Shown: positions 19,509 to 29,695, counted from the first letter of the stretch. The stretch: DNA of 64,000 nt from Bacillota bacterium (GCA_050949165.1 JBMNFF010000001.1:1622-65621); one strand, 5' to 3'. Translations and numbers: made by a program. The notes: a model not told the origin generated them from the sequence alone.

Positions 19509-21065
19509 CTAATCCACCCTGACATTTTCTTTCTTGGCTTGGTCGGCGATGACCTCGCCGTAGAACTTTTTGCCCTCTGCCTGGTAAGAGAGGACCACGT
19601 CGCCGATCCTGACCCTACCCTCATACTTGCCGGGGTCGGGAGCGTACAGGGTCACAAACACGAAGACCTTGCCCGGGGATATGCCGTCCTTGACCTCGAA
19701 TTCCTTGACGGCGGTGGGGGCATGGACGGTGACCTTAAAGGCCCTGGTGGCGCCGGTATGGCCAGGACTGCTGCCCTTGACGGTGATGGTGGCGGTGCCG
19801 GCTCCCTTGGCGGTGACGGTTATTGTCTTGCCCGAAAGGGAGGCGGTGGCCACCCCGGTGTTGCTGGATGTGACGGTGAGCCCAGCGCTGGCGGGAGTCA
19901 CGTTGACCACCCGGGTGCCCGTTTCCCCTGCCACCAGGCTGAGATTCCCTATTCCCTTGATGCTTACCGCCTTCTGAGGGGGCTGGGGCTCCGGTTCCGG
20001 CTCCGGTTCAGGTTCCGGCTCCGGTTCCGGCTCTTCCCGGTATTCCTGGCCGCCGATGAGGGCTGTCAGGCCCGGGTCTATTTTCACCTGGGCTGGAGCT
20101 TGGTCCATGGTCACCCCGGAGTGGTGGATTGCCGCGGTGCCAATCTGCCCCTGCCCGGTGATGCCCGTCCGGCCATGGAGTTCTACGGTAGCCACATAGG
20201 TATCCCGGGCCAGGGCGATGCTGGTGGCCACAGGCAATTGGGGGACCAGCAAGTGCTCGATGTCGCCGGCCAGGAGTTCCAAAAACACGCCGTCGGCCCT
20301 GCAGCTCACCTGGCCCAGGCTGCCCTGCAACCGGGTCAGGCCGGGAGCGTTGAGCTCCACCTGGCCCACACTGCCGCTGCCGGTGAGGTTTATGGCCGCT
20401 TCCAGGACCAGGTTTGCAACCTGGACATCCCGGGCCAGCTCCAGGCCGGCGTTGGCGGCGCCGGTCCTGACGCTGACATTTTCCACGCCGCCCCGGAGCA
20501 CTTTGACATTGGCCGCCTTGGCCTCGATCTCCAGGCTCTGGTACTGGCCCATGATGATGACCTTCTTGTCGGTGAGGACCCGGACATTTTCAAAGCCCGG
20601 GGCGCCTTCCTGCAAGCCCTCTTCCTGCAGGTTGATTTCGGCCTTGGCCAGCACCGCCTGGATGCCGGCGGAGCCCTTGGCCAGGAGGGTGGCGCCCTGG
20701 GAAGTCTCCTGGACGCTGATTTTTGCTATGGTGGAATCCACCAGGAGCAGGTCAAAGCCGCCGCCGGCAATTACCACTTCGCCCTGCACTTCCACCTGGC
20801 GCAAGGCGATGGTGCCGCCGCCGATATCCTCGGTCAGGTATAGATTGCCGGTGATCAAGGTGTTTTGCAGGGTCAGTTCTGCCGTGCTGATGGTGGCGTC
20901 GCCGTCGATGACTTCCATGGTGGGGGGACCGTAGGTGCCGGGGTCGGTAAATAAATTTGTCGCCCCTGCCGCCGGCAGCCAATAGTTCCGGTACACCAAG
21001 AAGCCCCCCAGGAGTACGTTTAGAGTGAGGGAGAGGGCCAAGATTATTGAGTTGATTCGTTTCAA
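19509..21065 (-). CDS. Membrane-anchored cell-surface protein with a beta-helix-like repeat region, an (EP)8 linker and a Big_2 (bacterial Ig-like) domain
   Basis: N-terminal TM helix. EPEPEPEPEPEPEPEPQPPQ linker. Big_2 consensus (VVNVTPASAGLTVTSSNTGVATAS..GKTITVTAKGAGTATITV). The stop lies 2 nt before the autolysin start, suggesting an operon. Confidence 0.7.
   Translation of the reverse strand: MKRINSIILALSLTLNVLLGGFLVYRNYWLPAAGATNLFTDPGTYGPPTMEVIDGDATISTAELTLQNTLITGNLYLTEDIGGGTIALRQVEVQGEVVIAGGGFDLLLVDSTIAKISVQETSQGATLLAKGSAGIQAVLAKAEINLQEEGLQEGAPGFENVRVLTDKKVIIMGQYQSLEIEAKAANVKVLRGGVENVSVRTGAANAGLELARDVQVANLVLEAAINLTGSGSVGQVELNAPGLTRLQGSLGQVSCRADGVFLELLAGDIEHLLVPQLPVATSIALARDTYVATVELHGRTGITGQGQIGTAAIHHSGVTMDQAPAQVKIDPGLTALIGGQEYREEPEPEPEPEPEPEPEPQPPQKAVSIKGIGNLSLVAGETGTRVVNVTPASAGLTVTSSNTGVATASLSGKTITVTAKGAGTATITVKGSSPGHTGATRAFKVTVHAPTAVKEFEVKDGISPGKVFVFVTLYAPDPGKYEGRVRIGDVVLSYQAEGKKFYGEVIADQAKKENVRVD
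19987..20033 (-). repeat. Tandem 12-nt repeat (ggctccggttcc)n encoding the (EP)n linker
   Basis: Seen in the sequence; it lies inside a coding region. Confidence 0.8.
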
Positions 21066-21290
21066 GTAACCACCATCCTGTCGCGATATTTTACATCTTT
21101 AATTCTGTAAAGGAGGTGGTTTTCCTTTTTAAAGGGCGGTGGTAAATCTTTACATTCCCCGCGCTTTCCACCGGGGGCAGGAATCGCGGCTTGTCAACGA
21201 GAACTAAACATAGTCAGTGCGATTTGCCGGGCTGCACGCGAACCGAGGAGGAATGGACCGGCAAAATTTGCCAGCGAAGGAGAATGGAAA

Positions 21291-22232
21291 TTGGATCTCA
21301 GCAAATTTACTCAGTTTCGGGAGAAGGCCCTGGGCAATGTGACCCAGGTCATTGTGGGCAAGGAGAGGGAGATCGAGTTGATCCTCACCGCCTTCCTGGC
21401 CGGCGGCCACGTCCTCCTGGAAGATCTCCCCGGCATGGGCAAGACCATGCTGGTCAAGGCCCTGGCCAAGACCCTGGCCCTGGACTATAAGCGGATTCAG
21501 TTCACCCCCGACCTGCTGCCTGCCGACATCACCGGCATTAACTACTACAACCAGAAGCAGGGGGACTTTCAGTTCCGGGAAGGCCCCCTCTTCGCCAACC
21601 TGGTGCTGGCCGATGAAATTAACCGGGCCACCCCCCGCACCCAGTCGGCCCTCCTGGAGGCCATGGAAGAAAAGCAGATTACCGCCGATGGCGAGACCAG
21701 GGTCCTGGCCCGGCCCTTCATGGTCCTGGCCACCCAGAACCCTGTGGAATCCTTTGGCACCTTTCCCCTGCCTGAGGCCCAGCTGGACCGCTTTTTCATG
21801 CGCATCAGCCTGGGTTACCCCCGGCGGGAGGAGGAGAAGGCCATCATCGCCAAGAATATCGGCAATCCCCTGGACAGGATTGAGCCGGTCTTTGTGCCCG
21901 AAGAGCTGGACTATGTCCTGGGCCACGTCAGTGAGGTCGGCATCCAGGAGGATGTACTGGATTATCTCCTGGACATCACCGACGCCACCCGGGGATGGCA
22001 GGGGATCGAGTTGGGGGTCAGCCCCCGGGGCTCCATCGCCCTTTTCAAGGCGGCCCAGGCCTTCGCCGCCCTTCAGGGCAGGGATTATATCCTGCCTGAG
22101 GATGTCAAGGCCCTGGCTCCCCATGTCCTCAACCACCGGATAATCGCCAAGGGCGGACGGCGGATGGAGAAGGCGACGGCCATCATCGAAGAGATCCTCG
22201 CCGCCACCCCCGTCCCCTTAGAGGACCTGTAG
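21291..22232 (+). CDS. MoxR-family AAA+ ATPase
   Basis: GHVLLEDLPGMGKT (Walker A), VLADEINRA (Walker B) and a C-terminal AAA lid. TTG start with AAGGAG upstream. Confidence 0.9.
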   Translation: MDLSKFTQFREKALGNVTQVIVGKEREIELILTAFLAGGHVLLEDLPGMGKTMLVKALAKTLALDYKRIQFTPDLLPADITGINYYNQKQGDFQFREGPLFANLVLADEINRATPRTQSALLEAMEEKQITADGETRVLARPFMVLATQNPVESFGTFPLPEAQLDRFFMRISLGYPRREEEKAIIAKNIGNPLDRIEPVFVPEELDYVLGHVSEVGIQEDVLDYLLDITDATRGWQGIELGVSPRGSIALFKAAQAFAALQGRDYILPEDVKALAPHVLNHRIIAKGGRRMEKATAIIEEILAATPVPLEDL

Positions 22233-22242
22233 GGGAAGGCAA

Positions 22243-23322
22243 ATGCATTGGTACTTGCTGGCGCTACTGGTCCTTACCTATCTCTTCAACAATATCAGCC
22301 TGCACTACGGCTTTGACAATCTCTCCTACCGAATGGAACTCCCCGATGAGCTCTTTGAAATCGGGGCCGAGATCCCCATTTCCTCGGTGGTGGAAAACAG
22401 AAAGCCCCTGACGGTATCCTTCCTGCAGGTCAGGGAGTGGTTTCCTCCGTACTTCGATATCAAGCACAATACATACAGCCTCTTCATCATGCCCTTCCAG
22501 CGGGTGCGGCGGACCTATAAGGTAAGAGCCCTGAAGCGGGGCCTGTACAGCCTGGACAAGGTGGAGCTGAAGCTGGGGGACTTTATCGGCCTCAGGTCCG
22601 AGGAGAAGCGGATCCCCACCGGTCCCCGGCTCGTCGTCCTGCCGGCCCGGGCGAACCTGGACCGGGACATCGTCCCCCTGGGCGCCCTCAGCGGCGAGGT
22701 CACGGTGCGGCGCTGGCTGGTGGACGACCCCCTGATGACGGTGGGCATCCGGGAATACACCGGCGCCGAGCCCCGCAAATACCTGCACTGGCCTTCATCC
22801 CTGCGCCACGGGAAGCTGATGGTCAAGGAGTTTGACTACACCACCGACAACAGCGCCATGCTCCTCCTCAATATGGAGACCATGAAACCCAGTTGGAAGC
22901 CGGTGGAGGAAGAGTTGCTGGAGCAGGGCATTTCCCTGGCCCGCGCCGTCATGGAGCTGCTGGAGGAGGCCGGGATTCCCTACGGCTTTGCCAGCAATGC
23001 CTATAACGACTCCTTGGAGCGCCGGGGCTGGTACTACCCGCCGGGTTTGGGCCCCAACCACCTGCGGACCTTTTTAGAGACCCTGGGCAGGCTCCACTAC
23101 CGCATTCCTTCCTTCTTCGAGCTCACCCTGCGGGAAGTGCAGCAGCATCCCGGCAATTATTCCACAGTGGTGATTATCACACCTCGCATTCTGGAGAGCT
23201 ATATCGAGCCCATCAACGGGCTCAGCCGCCGTCTCAGCCGGACGCTGGTGATATCCCTGGAGGAAGAGCATCTGGACGCCCTGGACGCAAATATCATCAA
23301 GTACAGGGGGCGAGAGAGTTGA
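22243..23322 (+). CDS. DUF58 domain protein (MoxR partner)
   Basis: The motif REYTGAEPRKYLHWPSSLRHGKLMVKEF matches the DUF58 R.Y..GD..R.I.W..SAR signature. Located directly after moxR. Confidence 0.8.
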   Translation: MHWYLLALLVLTYLFNNISLHYGFDNLSYRMELPDELFEIGAEIPISSVVENRKPLTVSFLQVREWFPPYFDIKHNTYSLFIMPFQRVRRTYKVRALKRGLYSLDKVELKLGDFIGLRSEEKRIPTGPRLVVLPARANLDRDIVPLGALSGEVTVRRWLVDDPLMTVGIREYTGAEPRKYLHWPSSLRHGKLMVKEFDYTTDNSAMLLLNMETMKPSWKPVEEELLEQGISLARAVMELLEEAGIPYGFASNAYNDSLERRGWYYPPGLGPNHLRTFLETLGRLHYRIPSFFELTLREVQQHPGNYSTVVIITPRILESYIEPINGLSRRLSRTLVISLEEEHLDALDANIIKYRGRES

Positions 23323-24530
23323 CGATCCTGATTCTGGAACTCATGGCGGCGCTTTCCTTTGTCTACGCATTCTTTCTCCTCTTCATCGCCTTTGCCCCCG
23401 TCCCCCAGGTCTTGCTCCTCTTCCTCTGGCAGCTGGCCGCCGGCCTGATCTTTTACTGGCTGGCGGGAAAGCATAAAATCGGGCAGCTTGCCGCATTGCT
23501 GCTGCTCTTGCCCCTGTTCTGTTTTTCGGGGATTCTGGCCGCCTGCTTTATCCTGGCTGCAGCGGCCTATTGCTGCATCTATATCCGCACCACCCTCTTG
23601 CGGAGCAATGCCGAGCAATCCGCCAAGAACTTCAAGCGCACCCTGTTCATCTTCATCAGCGCCCTTGTCTTCCGCTACACCTGGCCCTTTATGCTGCCCA
23701 GCGGTTCCCTGGTCCAGGCGGCGCCCTTCTGGATAATTTACTTCCTGGCTTCGGTGTTCTTCGTCCGCTCCATCCGGCATCTGGAATCCGGCCTGGAGCC
23801 CGAGAAGATCCGCCGCGCCAACCTCCGGTACCTGGCCGGCATCTCAGTGCTCTCGGTGCTGACGGCCCTTTCGGGAGTCAGGGAATTCATTAACCGGGCC
23901 CTGCATCAGCTCCTGTATTGGCTGGCTTACGGCTTTGTCTACCTGGGCCAGTTGATCCTCTGGGTCTATCAGGCCCTGCCCCGAAGTTTTACCAATTTGC
24001 TGGAGTCCTGGGATTCCCGGAACGGTCAGGCATCCCCTGCCCCCGAAGGCCTGGAATCGGTGGGCCAGGCTGTGGAAGAACAGATGGCAGCCTGGGATAT
24101 GGCGGCGCTGGATCTGATAGTTCCCTTTATCCTGGCCGCCCTGGTAATCTACATCCTCTACCGGATAATCTTTACGGCGGGAAATCGGAGCTTTGTCGGT
24201 CGGGATTATGTGGAAGTGCGGGAATACATCAAGGCCGCCAAGCCCAAAAAGCCCCGGCGTCGCCGGGAGCGTTCCGCCTCCCGTAGCGGCCAGCAGATTC
24301 GCCTTCTCTACCGGCGCTTCCTCCAAAAACTGAGCCGCCAACAGGTGGAGCTCCAGGGCACCGACACATCCCTGGATGTCAAGCTAAAGGCGGACTCGGT
24401 CTTCAGCGGCGACACCCGGGGCATCCGGGAGCTTTACACCCGCAGCCGGTACGGGAACAAGCCTGCCGATCCCAAGGCGGTGGCCGCCATGGAGGCAAAG
24501 ATCAAGGAGCTGAATCCAAAGGAGACGTAG
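23319..24530 (+). CDS. Polytopic membrane protein with a C-terminal DUF4129-like domain (third gene of the MoxR operon)
   Basis: Six or more TM helices, then ...ELYTRSRYGNKPADPKAVAAMEAKIKEL, which is DUF4129-like. Overlaps the upstream stop by 4 nt. Confidence 0.55.
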   Translation: MTILILELMAALSFVYAFFLLFIAFAPVPQVLLLFLWQLAAGLIFYWLAGKHKIGQLAALLLLLPLFCFSGILAACFILAAAAYCCIYIRTTLLRSNAEQSAKNFKRTLFIFISALVFRYTWPFMLPSGSLVQAAPFWIIYFLASVFFVRSIRHLESGLEPEKIRRANLRYLAGISVLSVLTALSGVREFINRALHQLLYWLAYGFVYLGQLILWVYQALPRSFTNLLESWDSRNGQASPAPEGLESVGQAVEEQMAAWDMAALDLIVPFILAALVIYILYRIIFTAGNRSFVGRDYVEVREYIKAAKPKKPRRRRERSASRSGQQIRLLYRRFLQKLSRQQVELQGTDTSLDVKLKADSVFSGDTRGIRELYTRSRYGNKPADPKAVAAMEAKIKELNPKET

Positions 24531-24673
24531 GGGGCCACCTTGCCCCCTCCCACCACCGGCTCCGGCTGGACCCTCCACCACCAGCAAAGCCCTCTACCTG
24601 ATGGAGCTGGCGGGCATCCAGGTGGAAGAGTCGGGAGTGCCCTGGCTCTTTCCCGGGAATTTCCACAATTGCC

Positions 24674-24702
24674 CATCCCCCTGGGGGGATTTTTCGTTTA
24701 TA
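24674..24702 (+). terminator. Terminator CCATCCCCC-TGG-GGGGGAT followed by TTTTT, then a TATAAT box
   Basis: Seen in the sequence. It separates the MoxR operon from the yabE-like gene. Confidence 0.55.
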
Positions 24703-24752
24703 ATTGTAATAAATATCTTAGGGGACAGACTGCCAAGAAAAGGGGTGAGCAG

Positions 24753-25733
24753 GTGCCCAGAGCCAAAAGATTTCTCTCCGCCGCTGTTACTGTCCTCTTC
24801 AGTCTCGCCTTCGTCGTCATCAGTCCCGTCCACACCGCGCCGAGACCGGTTGCCATAATAACTCCGGACGGCGTTCGGGAAATCTGCACCGCCGAGAAGG
24901 TGGTGGCGGACATTCTCGCCCAGGCAGGCATCGTCCTGGACAGCCAATGCGAAATCACCTATCCGGCCCTGAAGGAAGAGCTGGAAGGGCACTATATCCA
25001 CATCAAGCGGGGCGCCCCGATCAGCCTCAAGGCCGACGGAGAGACCAGGGAGATCATCACCTGGGCCGGGACTGTCGAGGACTTCCTCAAGGAACAGGGT
25101 ATCTGCGTCCAGGATGCCCTGGTCAGCTATCCCTTGGAACAGAGCCTGCATGCCGGCATGGAGGTAGAGATCATCCGGGTGCAACGGGAAGTGGTCAGCG
25201 AGACCCAGGCCATTGCCGCCAAGACCACGTACAAGAAGGACTCTTCCCTGGACCTGGGCAAGGAAAAGGTGCTGACCCAGGCCCGGGACGGCATGAAGCT
25301 GCTGACCTATGAAGTCATCTATTTTGACGGCCGGGAAGTGGCCCGCACCCTTCTGGGCGAAGAAGCTCTCCTCCCGCCGGTCGCCGGCGTGGTCCTCAAG
25401 GGAACCAAGGCCAGCGCTTCCAGGAGCGGGGGGAGTAGCGGCGCTGCCCTTGAAGGTATAGCTTCATACTATGGCGCCGAATTGCACGGCAGGAAGACCG
25501 CCAGCGGCGTCCCCTTCGACATGAATGCCTTTACTGCCGCCCACCGGACTCTGCCCTTTGGAACCAAGGTCAGGGTCACCTACCAGGCCACCGGCAAATC
25601 GGTGGTGGTGGAGATCAACGACCGGGGGCCCCATGTGGCTGGCCGCATCATCGACCTCTCGGCCGCCGCCGCCAGGGAGATTGGCCTGTATGCCGACGGC
25701 ATCGGCAAGGTGAAAATTGAATTCTTGGATTAG
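24753..25733 (+). CDS. YabE-like cell-wall protein: DUF348 + G5 + RlpA-like '3D' double-psi beta-barrel domain
   Basis: GTG start after AAAGGGGTGA. N-terminal TM helix. G5-like region (TTYKKDSSLDLGKEKVLTQARDG). C-terminal 3D domain GIASYYG..GRKTASGVPFDMNAFTAAHRTLPFGTKVRVT..VVVEINDRGP. Confidence 0.75.
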   Translation: MPRAKRFLSAAVTVLFSLAFVVISPVHTAPRPVAIITPDGVREICTAEKVVADILAQAGIVLDSQCEITYPALKEELEGHYIHIKRGAPISLKADGETREIITWAGTVEDFLKEQGICVQDALVSYPLEQSLHAGMEVEIIRVQREVVSETQAIAAKTTYKKDSSLDLGKEKVLTQARDGMKLLTYEVIYFDGREVARTLLGEEALLPPVAGVVLKGTKASASRSGGSSGAALEGIASYYGAELHGRKTASGVPFDMNAFTAAHRTLPFGTKVRVTYQATGKSVVVEINDRGPHVAGRIIDLSAAAAREIGLYADGIGKVKIEFLD

Positions 25734-25736
25734 AAA

Positions 25737-25768
25737 GACCCAGGGAAGCCCCTGGTCTTTTTTACTTT
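25737..25768 (+). terminator. Terminator hairpin AGACCCAGGG-AAGC-CCCTGGTCT followed by T6
   Basis: Seen in the sequence. Confidence 0.6.
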
Positions 25769-25876
25769 TTATGCGAAAAATTAACACCCTGTTTCCAAAA
25801 ATTACATGCACATTTTACTTAACTAAAGGATTAAAGGAGACTATACTTTTCCCCATATCAAAAGTAGGAGGGGAAC

Positions 25877-26959
25877 TTGATGCTTAAAAAATTAACCGCA
25901 ATTGTTCTTGCAACAGTCCTGGTCTTTGCCCTGGCAGGTTGCCGGGGAGAGAGAACCGGGCAGGAAGAAGGCGGCGATTACAAGATCGGTATCATTACCG
26001 GGACGGTGTCCCAGGGTGAGGAAGAATTCCAGGCCGCCCAAAATATGGCCGCCAAATACGGCGACAAGATTGTAACTGCAACCTATCCGGATAATTTCGC
26101 CTCCGAAACCGAGACCGTCATCGCCCAGGTAGAGGCCTTGGCGGCCAACCCAGATGTCAAGGCCATCGTCTTTGTCCAGGCTGTCCCCGGCGCAGCCGCA
26201 GCCATCGACAAGGTGCGGGAAACCCGTCCCGACATGCTCTTCATCGCCGGCGTTGCCGCTGAGGACGGCTACCACGTCTGGCAGTTGATTGTAAACAAGC
26301 TGGCCCGGCGCCGCGCGGATTATGACCTGGCCAAGCCCCTGGTCTGCATCGGCCTGGCCGGCCTGGCCTTCGCAGCCACCTTCATCCCGGCGGTGGAGGA
26401 TATCCTCCTTTTCGTGCGGATTCCCGTGACCACCTACCTGGCCATTGCCGGCCTCTGCCTGTTCAACACCTGGCTGCTTCGCACCCGCCTGGGCCAGAAC
26501 ATGCGCACCGTCGGCCAGAGCCGCACCGTGGCCAATGCCGCAGGACTCAACGTCGACCGGATTCGCATCATCGCCATGATCCTCTCCACCGTCCTGGCCT
26601 GCTGGGGACAGCTCATCTATCTCCAGAACATCGGGACCTTCTCCACCTATGGCGCCCACACCCAGGTCGGCCAGTTCGCCATCGCCGCCCTCCTGGTGGG
26701 CGGGGCCTCGGTGCAAAGGGCCAATAACAAGCAGGCGGTGCTGGGGGTCATCCTCTTCCACACCTTGTTCATCGTCGCTCCCCAGGCCGGCAAGGAATTG
26801 TTCAACAACGCCCAGCTGGGCGAGTACTTCCGGGTCTTTGTGGCCTATGGTGTCATCGCCGTATCCCTGGCCATGCACGCATGGAAGACGGCAATTCGGC
26901 CCAAGCTGGGGGCAGCCGCGCCCATCAGTCAGGGTGGAGGCGGCAGTTGCTGCAGTTAA
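25877..26959 (+). pseudogene. Chimeric ORF: N-terminal ~140 aa of a DUF3798-type ABC-transporter lipoprotein fused in frame to the C-terminal half of a BMP/ribose-family ABC permease (deletion remnant)
   Basis: Lipobox LAGC plus DYKIGIITGTVSQGEEEF...IVTATYPDNF matches the DUF3798 N-terminus. From about residue 150 the sequence is permease (..RTRLGQNMRTVGQSRTVANAAGLNVDRIR.., TM helices). The rest of the binding protein, the ATPase and the first permease are absent. Confidence 0.6.
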
Positions 26960-26960
26960 A

Positions 26961-26996
26961 AAATACTAAATCCGCTGCTGGTCGGCGGATTTTTTT
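26961..26996 (+). terminator. Terminator AATCCGC-TGCTGGTC-GGCGGATT followed by T8
   Basis: Seen in the sequence. Confidence 0.55.
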
Positions 26997-27103
26997 TGCC
27001 CTTATATCCGGATTGGCAAGGGGAAGGGGCAGAAGCAGATGGCAGTCTGGCAGGACTTTTCTGCATCTTAAGGAAATATAGATATGAGCATTAATGAAGG
27101 AGG

Positions 27104-28755
27104 TTGAGGAGCATGAGTAAGCCGGTGCCGCCTCTCCCAAAGAACCTGGAATTAGTGCTTAAGGTTTCACAGCCGAAGAAGGCCAAGCCTTTCCTTACCC
27201 GGAAGACAAAAAGGTTAGTAGCAATCCTTGCCCCCCTGCTGGTAGTTTTCCTATTTTTCCAGCTGATTCTCTATTCCACCCGGGATATCCTCTACTATCC
27301 CAGAGTCGGCCCCTATCCCGGCGGTTCCATCTTGTACAAAGGAGATATCGCCGACAACCTCCCCAACGGCCAGGGGAAATTCTTCACCAGGGCGGGTCGA
27401 CTCATTGCCCAGGGTTCTTTTAAAGACGGCAAATTGCACGGCTCTGCCATTTTTTACGGCGAAGGCGGCCGGATCTATGAAGGTCAATGGCAGGACGGCA
27501 AGCGAAGCGGCCAGGGAACCTTGACCGTCCACGGCGTCAAGGTTTACGAAGGGCAGTGGGCCAACGACAAGCTCAACGGTTACGGGAGCCTGCACACCGT
27601 AAACAGCACTTATCAGGGAGAGTGGAAGGACAATAAGCGAGAAGGTCAAGGCGTCCTCGCCATGAGGGGGCAGAGGTATGAAGGTGAATTCAGCGATGAC
27701 CTGTTCCACGGCCAGGGAACCTTGTTCATCGATGAAAGAAAAGTGTACCAGGGGCAATGGCACAGGGGCCTGCCCCACGGAGAAGGGACCCTGTTTGCCC
27801 CAGTAACGGCGATATTATCTTCAGCGGCCATTGGGATAGTGGTTTTATCGAAGATGGGGACTTGTTGGGTCTGGACCCGGAAACATGGGAGTTCTTAAAT
27901 CTCCATATCTACCAACGGGGACTGGCTGCGGACTCGACTTGCCTGGACTTTATCAGAATTACCCAGGCCCTGTTGGGTGAAGGCCTGGATCAGGTCCTGC
28001 GGCTGAAGGCCGTGATTGACTCGGCCAGCGATGACCCCACCTTTCGCGAATTAATGTACCGCTTGATTGAATTGCCCCAGGAGCCCTATGAAGACCAGGT
28101 AATCAGGGAATGCATCCGCGCCCTGGAAAACGTGCCCTTGCCGATACTGCGGGACATCGTCGCCATAGGCAGCTCCTGTAAATTTTTTCCCGGCCTGATC
28201 GATGTCCCCGGTTACGTGGCCAATCCGAAATATGCCGGCGTCTACTATATAGACAAAAGATATCTGGTCGTCAGTTTGGGCAAGGGGTTGCCGGACATCG
28301 TCACCTTGCATGAAGTCGGCCATGAAGTGGACATTGCCCTGCTGTACTATAGCTCCTACAAACAGTTCTATTCAATCTGGCAGGCAGAGGCTGCCAGTGC
28401 CTTTACTCGCGATTACTATGTCGAGAACCCTGGCGAGTACTTCGCCCAGTTCTTTGCAAATTTCTATGCCGATGAGGAGGTCGTGGCGGCAGGTATTGAC
28501 TACGGATATTTCCAGTACCGGCGCAAAGAGTTAAAGGAAGTCGCCCCCCGCACCTATGAGTTTTTCGAGCAGTACGTCGACGGCTATCAGGGGCGGAATT
28601 ATGTCCACGTCCTCAAGCCCAGCACCCCCGATGCCGCCAGCGCCCACATATCCCTTAAATTACCCCAGCCAATCCCCCCGCGGGATTTTCTGGACAGAAT
28701 GGTCTACGGCCTTCGCAGTCTTTTCCGCCCCCCCCAAACCGGTGGAGCCCCCTGA
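27104..28755 (+). pseudogene. Membrane-anchored MORN-repeat protein with a C-terminal ATLF-like (anthrax-lethal-factor/PPEP-type) zinc-metalloprotease domain; -1 frameshift at a C4 run near 27797
   Basis: N-terminal TM helix. About seven MORN repeats (YEGQW.DGK..GQG). HEVGHEVD (HExxH) plus downstream YFAQFFANFY..E. ORFs 27104..27898 and 27757..28755 join as GEGTLFAP|SNGDIIFSGHWDSGF if one C is added to 'gccccag'. Confidence 0.65.
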
Positions 28756-28820
28756 CGCCGATAGTCAGTGAACCCCTGCCCAGCAATCTTCACTGGGGGG
28801 CTGCCCGTCATATGAATAAC

Positions 28821-28848
28821 AGATGGGGCCATTTGGCCCCCTTTTACA
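28821..28848 (+). terminator. Terminator GGGGCCA-TTT-GGCCCCC followed by TTTT
   Basis: Seen in the sequence, between convergent genes. Confidence 0.5.
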
Positions 28849-28903
28849 GTGTTTTCACCAGGCGATTTGCCCCGATATTCCTTTTTGCACAACTTGTTCC
28901 TAT

Positions 28904-29695
28904 CTATTTTACATAGAGCTTGCCCACCAGCCAGTTCACGAAGCTGTTGGGCAGCAGTTTGTTGAGGAAGGCGAAGAGCTTGTACTTGGCGCCGATGGTA
29001 TATATGGGCTTGATCCGGGACCTCAGCGCCGTCCTGTACACCGCCCGGGCAACGACCTCGGGCGGGTAGCCGCTTTGCTCATCTCGCTCCATGACGGCCA
29101 CGCTGCGGGCGATTGCACCCCCGTAAACGTCATCCCCCGCCAGGGACTTGGCCCGGGCGCCGGTAAATTCTGTCTTGACATCTCCCAGTTGCAGGGCGCA
29201 GATACTGACTCCAAAGGGCTTCAGCTCGTTGGCCAGGGCATTGACCAGGATGTTCAGCGCCGCCTTGGTGGCGGAGTAGAAGGATTGGAAGGGGATGGCG
29301 AATATGGCTGCCGCCGAGGAGATGCAGATGATCCGCCCCCGGCTCTCCCGGAGCAGGGGGAGGGAGGCCTGAATGCAGCTCACCACCCCGAAGAAGTTGA
29401 CGTCGAACTGGCGCTTGGCCTCGGCCAGTTGGCTAAATTCCACCGCTCCCGAGATGCCGAAGCCGGCATTGTTGATCAGCAGGTCCAGGCGGCCAGCCTC
29501 AGCTTCTATCCGGGCAAAGGCCGCCCGCACCGCCCCTTCATCGGTGACATCCACGGCGATATCGGCAACCCCCGGTTCTCCGGCGGGCCGGCGGCTGAGA
29601 TTGTACACCCGCCACCCCTGATTGGCAAAGAGCTTGGCCGTGGCCCGGCCGATGCCGCTGGAGGCGCCGGTGATGGCAACTACCTTGGCGGTCAT
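28904..29695 (-). CDS. Classical short-chain dehydrogenase/reductase (3-ketoacyl/3-ketosphinganine-reductase-like)
   Basis: MTAKVVAITGASSGIGRATA (TGxxxGIG), NNAG, and the S..YSATKAAL catalytic triad. The start overlaps the upstream stop by 4 nt. Confidence 0.85.
   Translation of the reverse strand: MTAKVVAITGASSGIGRATAKLFANQGWRVYNLSRRPAGEPGVADIAVDVTDEGAVRAAFARIEAEAGRLDLLINNAGFGISGAVEFSQLAEAKRQFDVNFFGVVSCIQASLPLLRESRGRIICISSAAAIFAIPFQSFYSATKAALNILVNALANELKPFGVSICALQLGDVKTEFTGARAKSLAGDDVYGGAIARSVAVMERDEQSGYPPEVVARAVYRTALRSRIKPIYTIGAKYKLFAFLNKLLPNSFVNWLVGKLYVK

Noticed and set aside
19987-20033. Tandem ggctccggttcc repeat considered as a CRISPR- or VNTR-like array
   Set aside because: It is in-frame coding sequence for an (EP)n linker inside the surface protein. 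It has no spacers and no cas genes. I report it only as a coding tandem repeat.
24531-24752. Possible c-di-AMP (ydaO-type) riboswitch upstream of the YabE-like gene, since such genes are often ydaO-regulated
   Set aside because: I could not recognise the conserved ydaO blocks by eye. The hairpin plus T-run there looks like the terminator of the upstream MoxR operon, followed by a TATAAT box. The idea is left open but not claimed.
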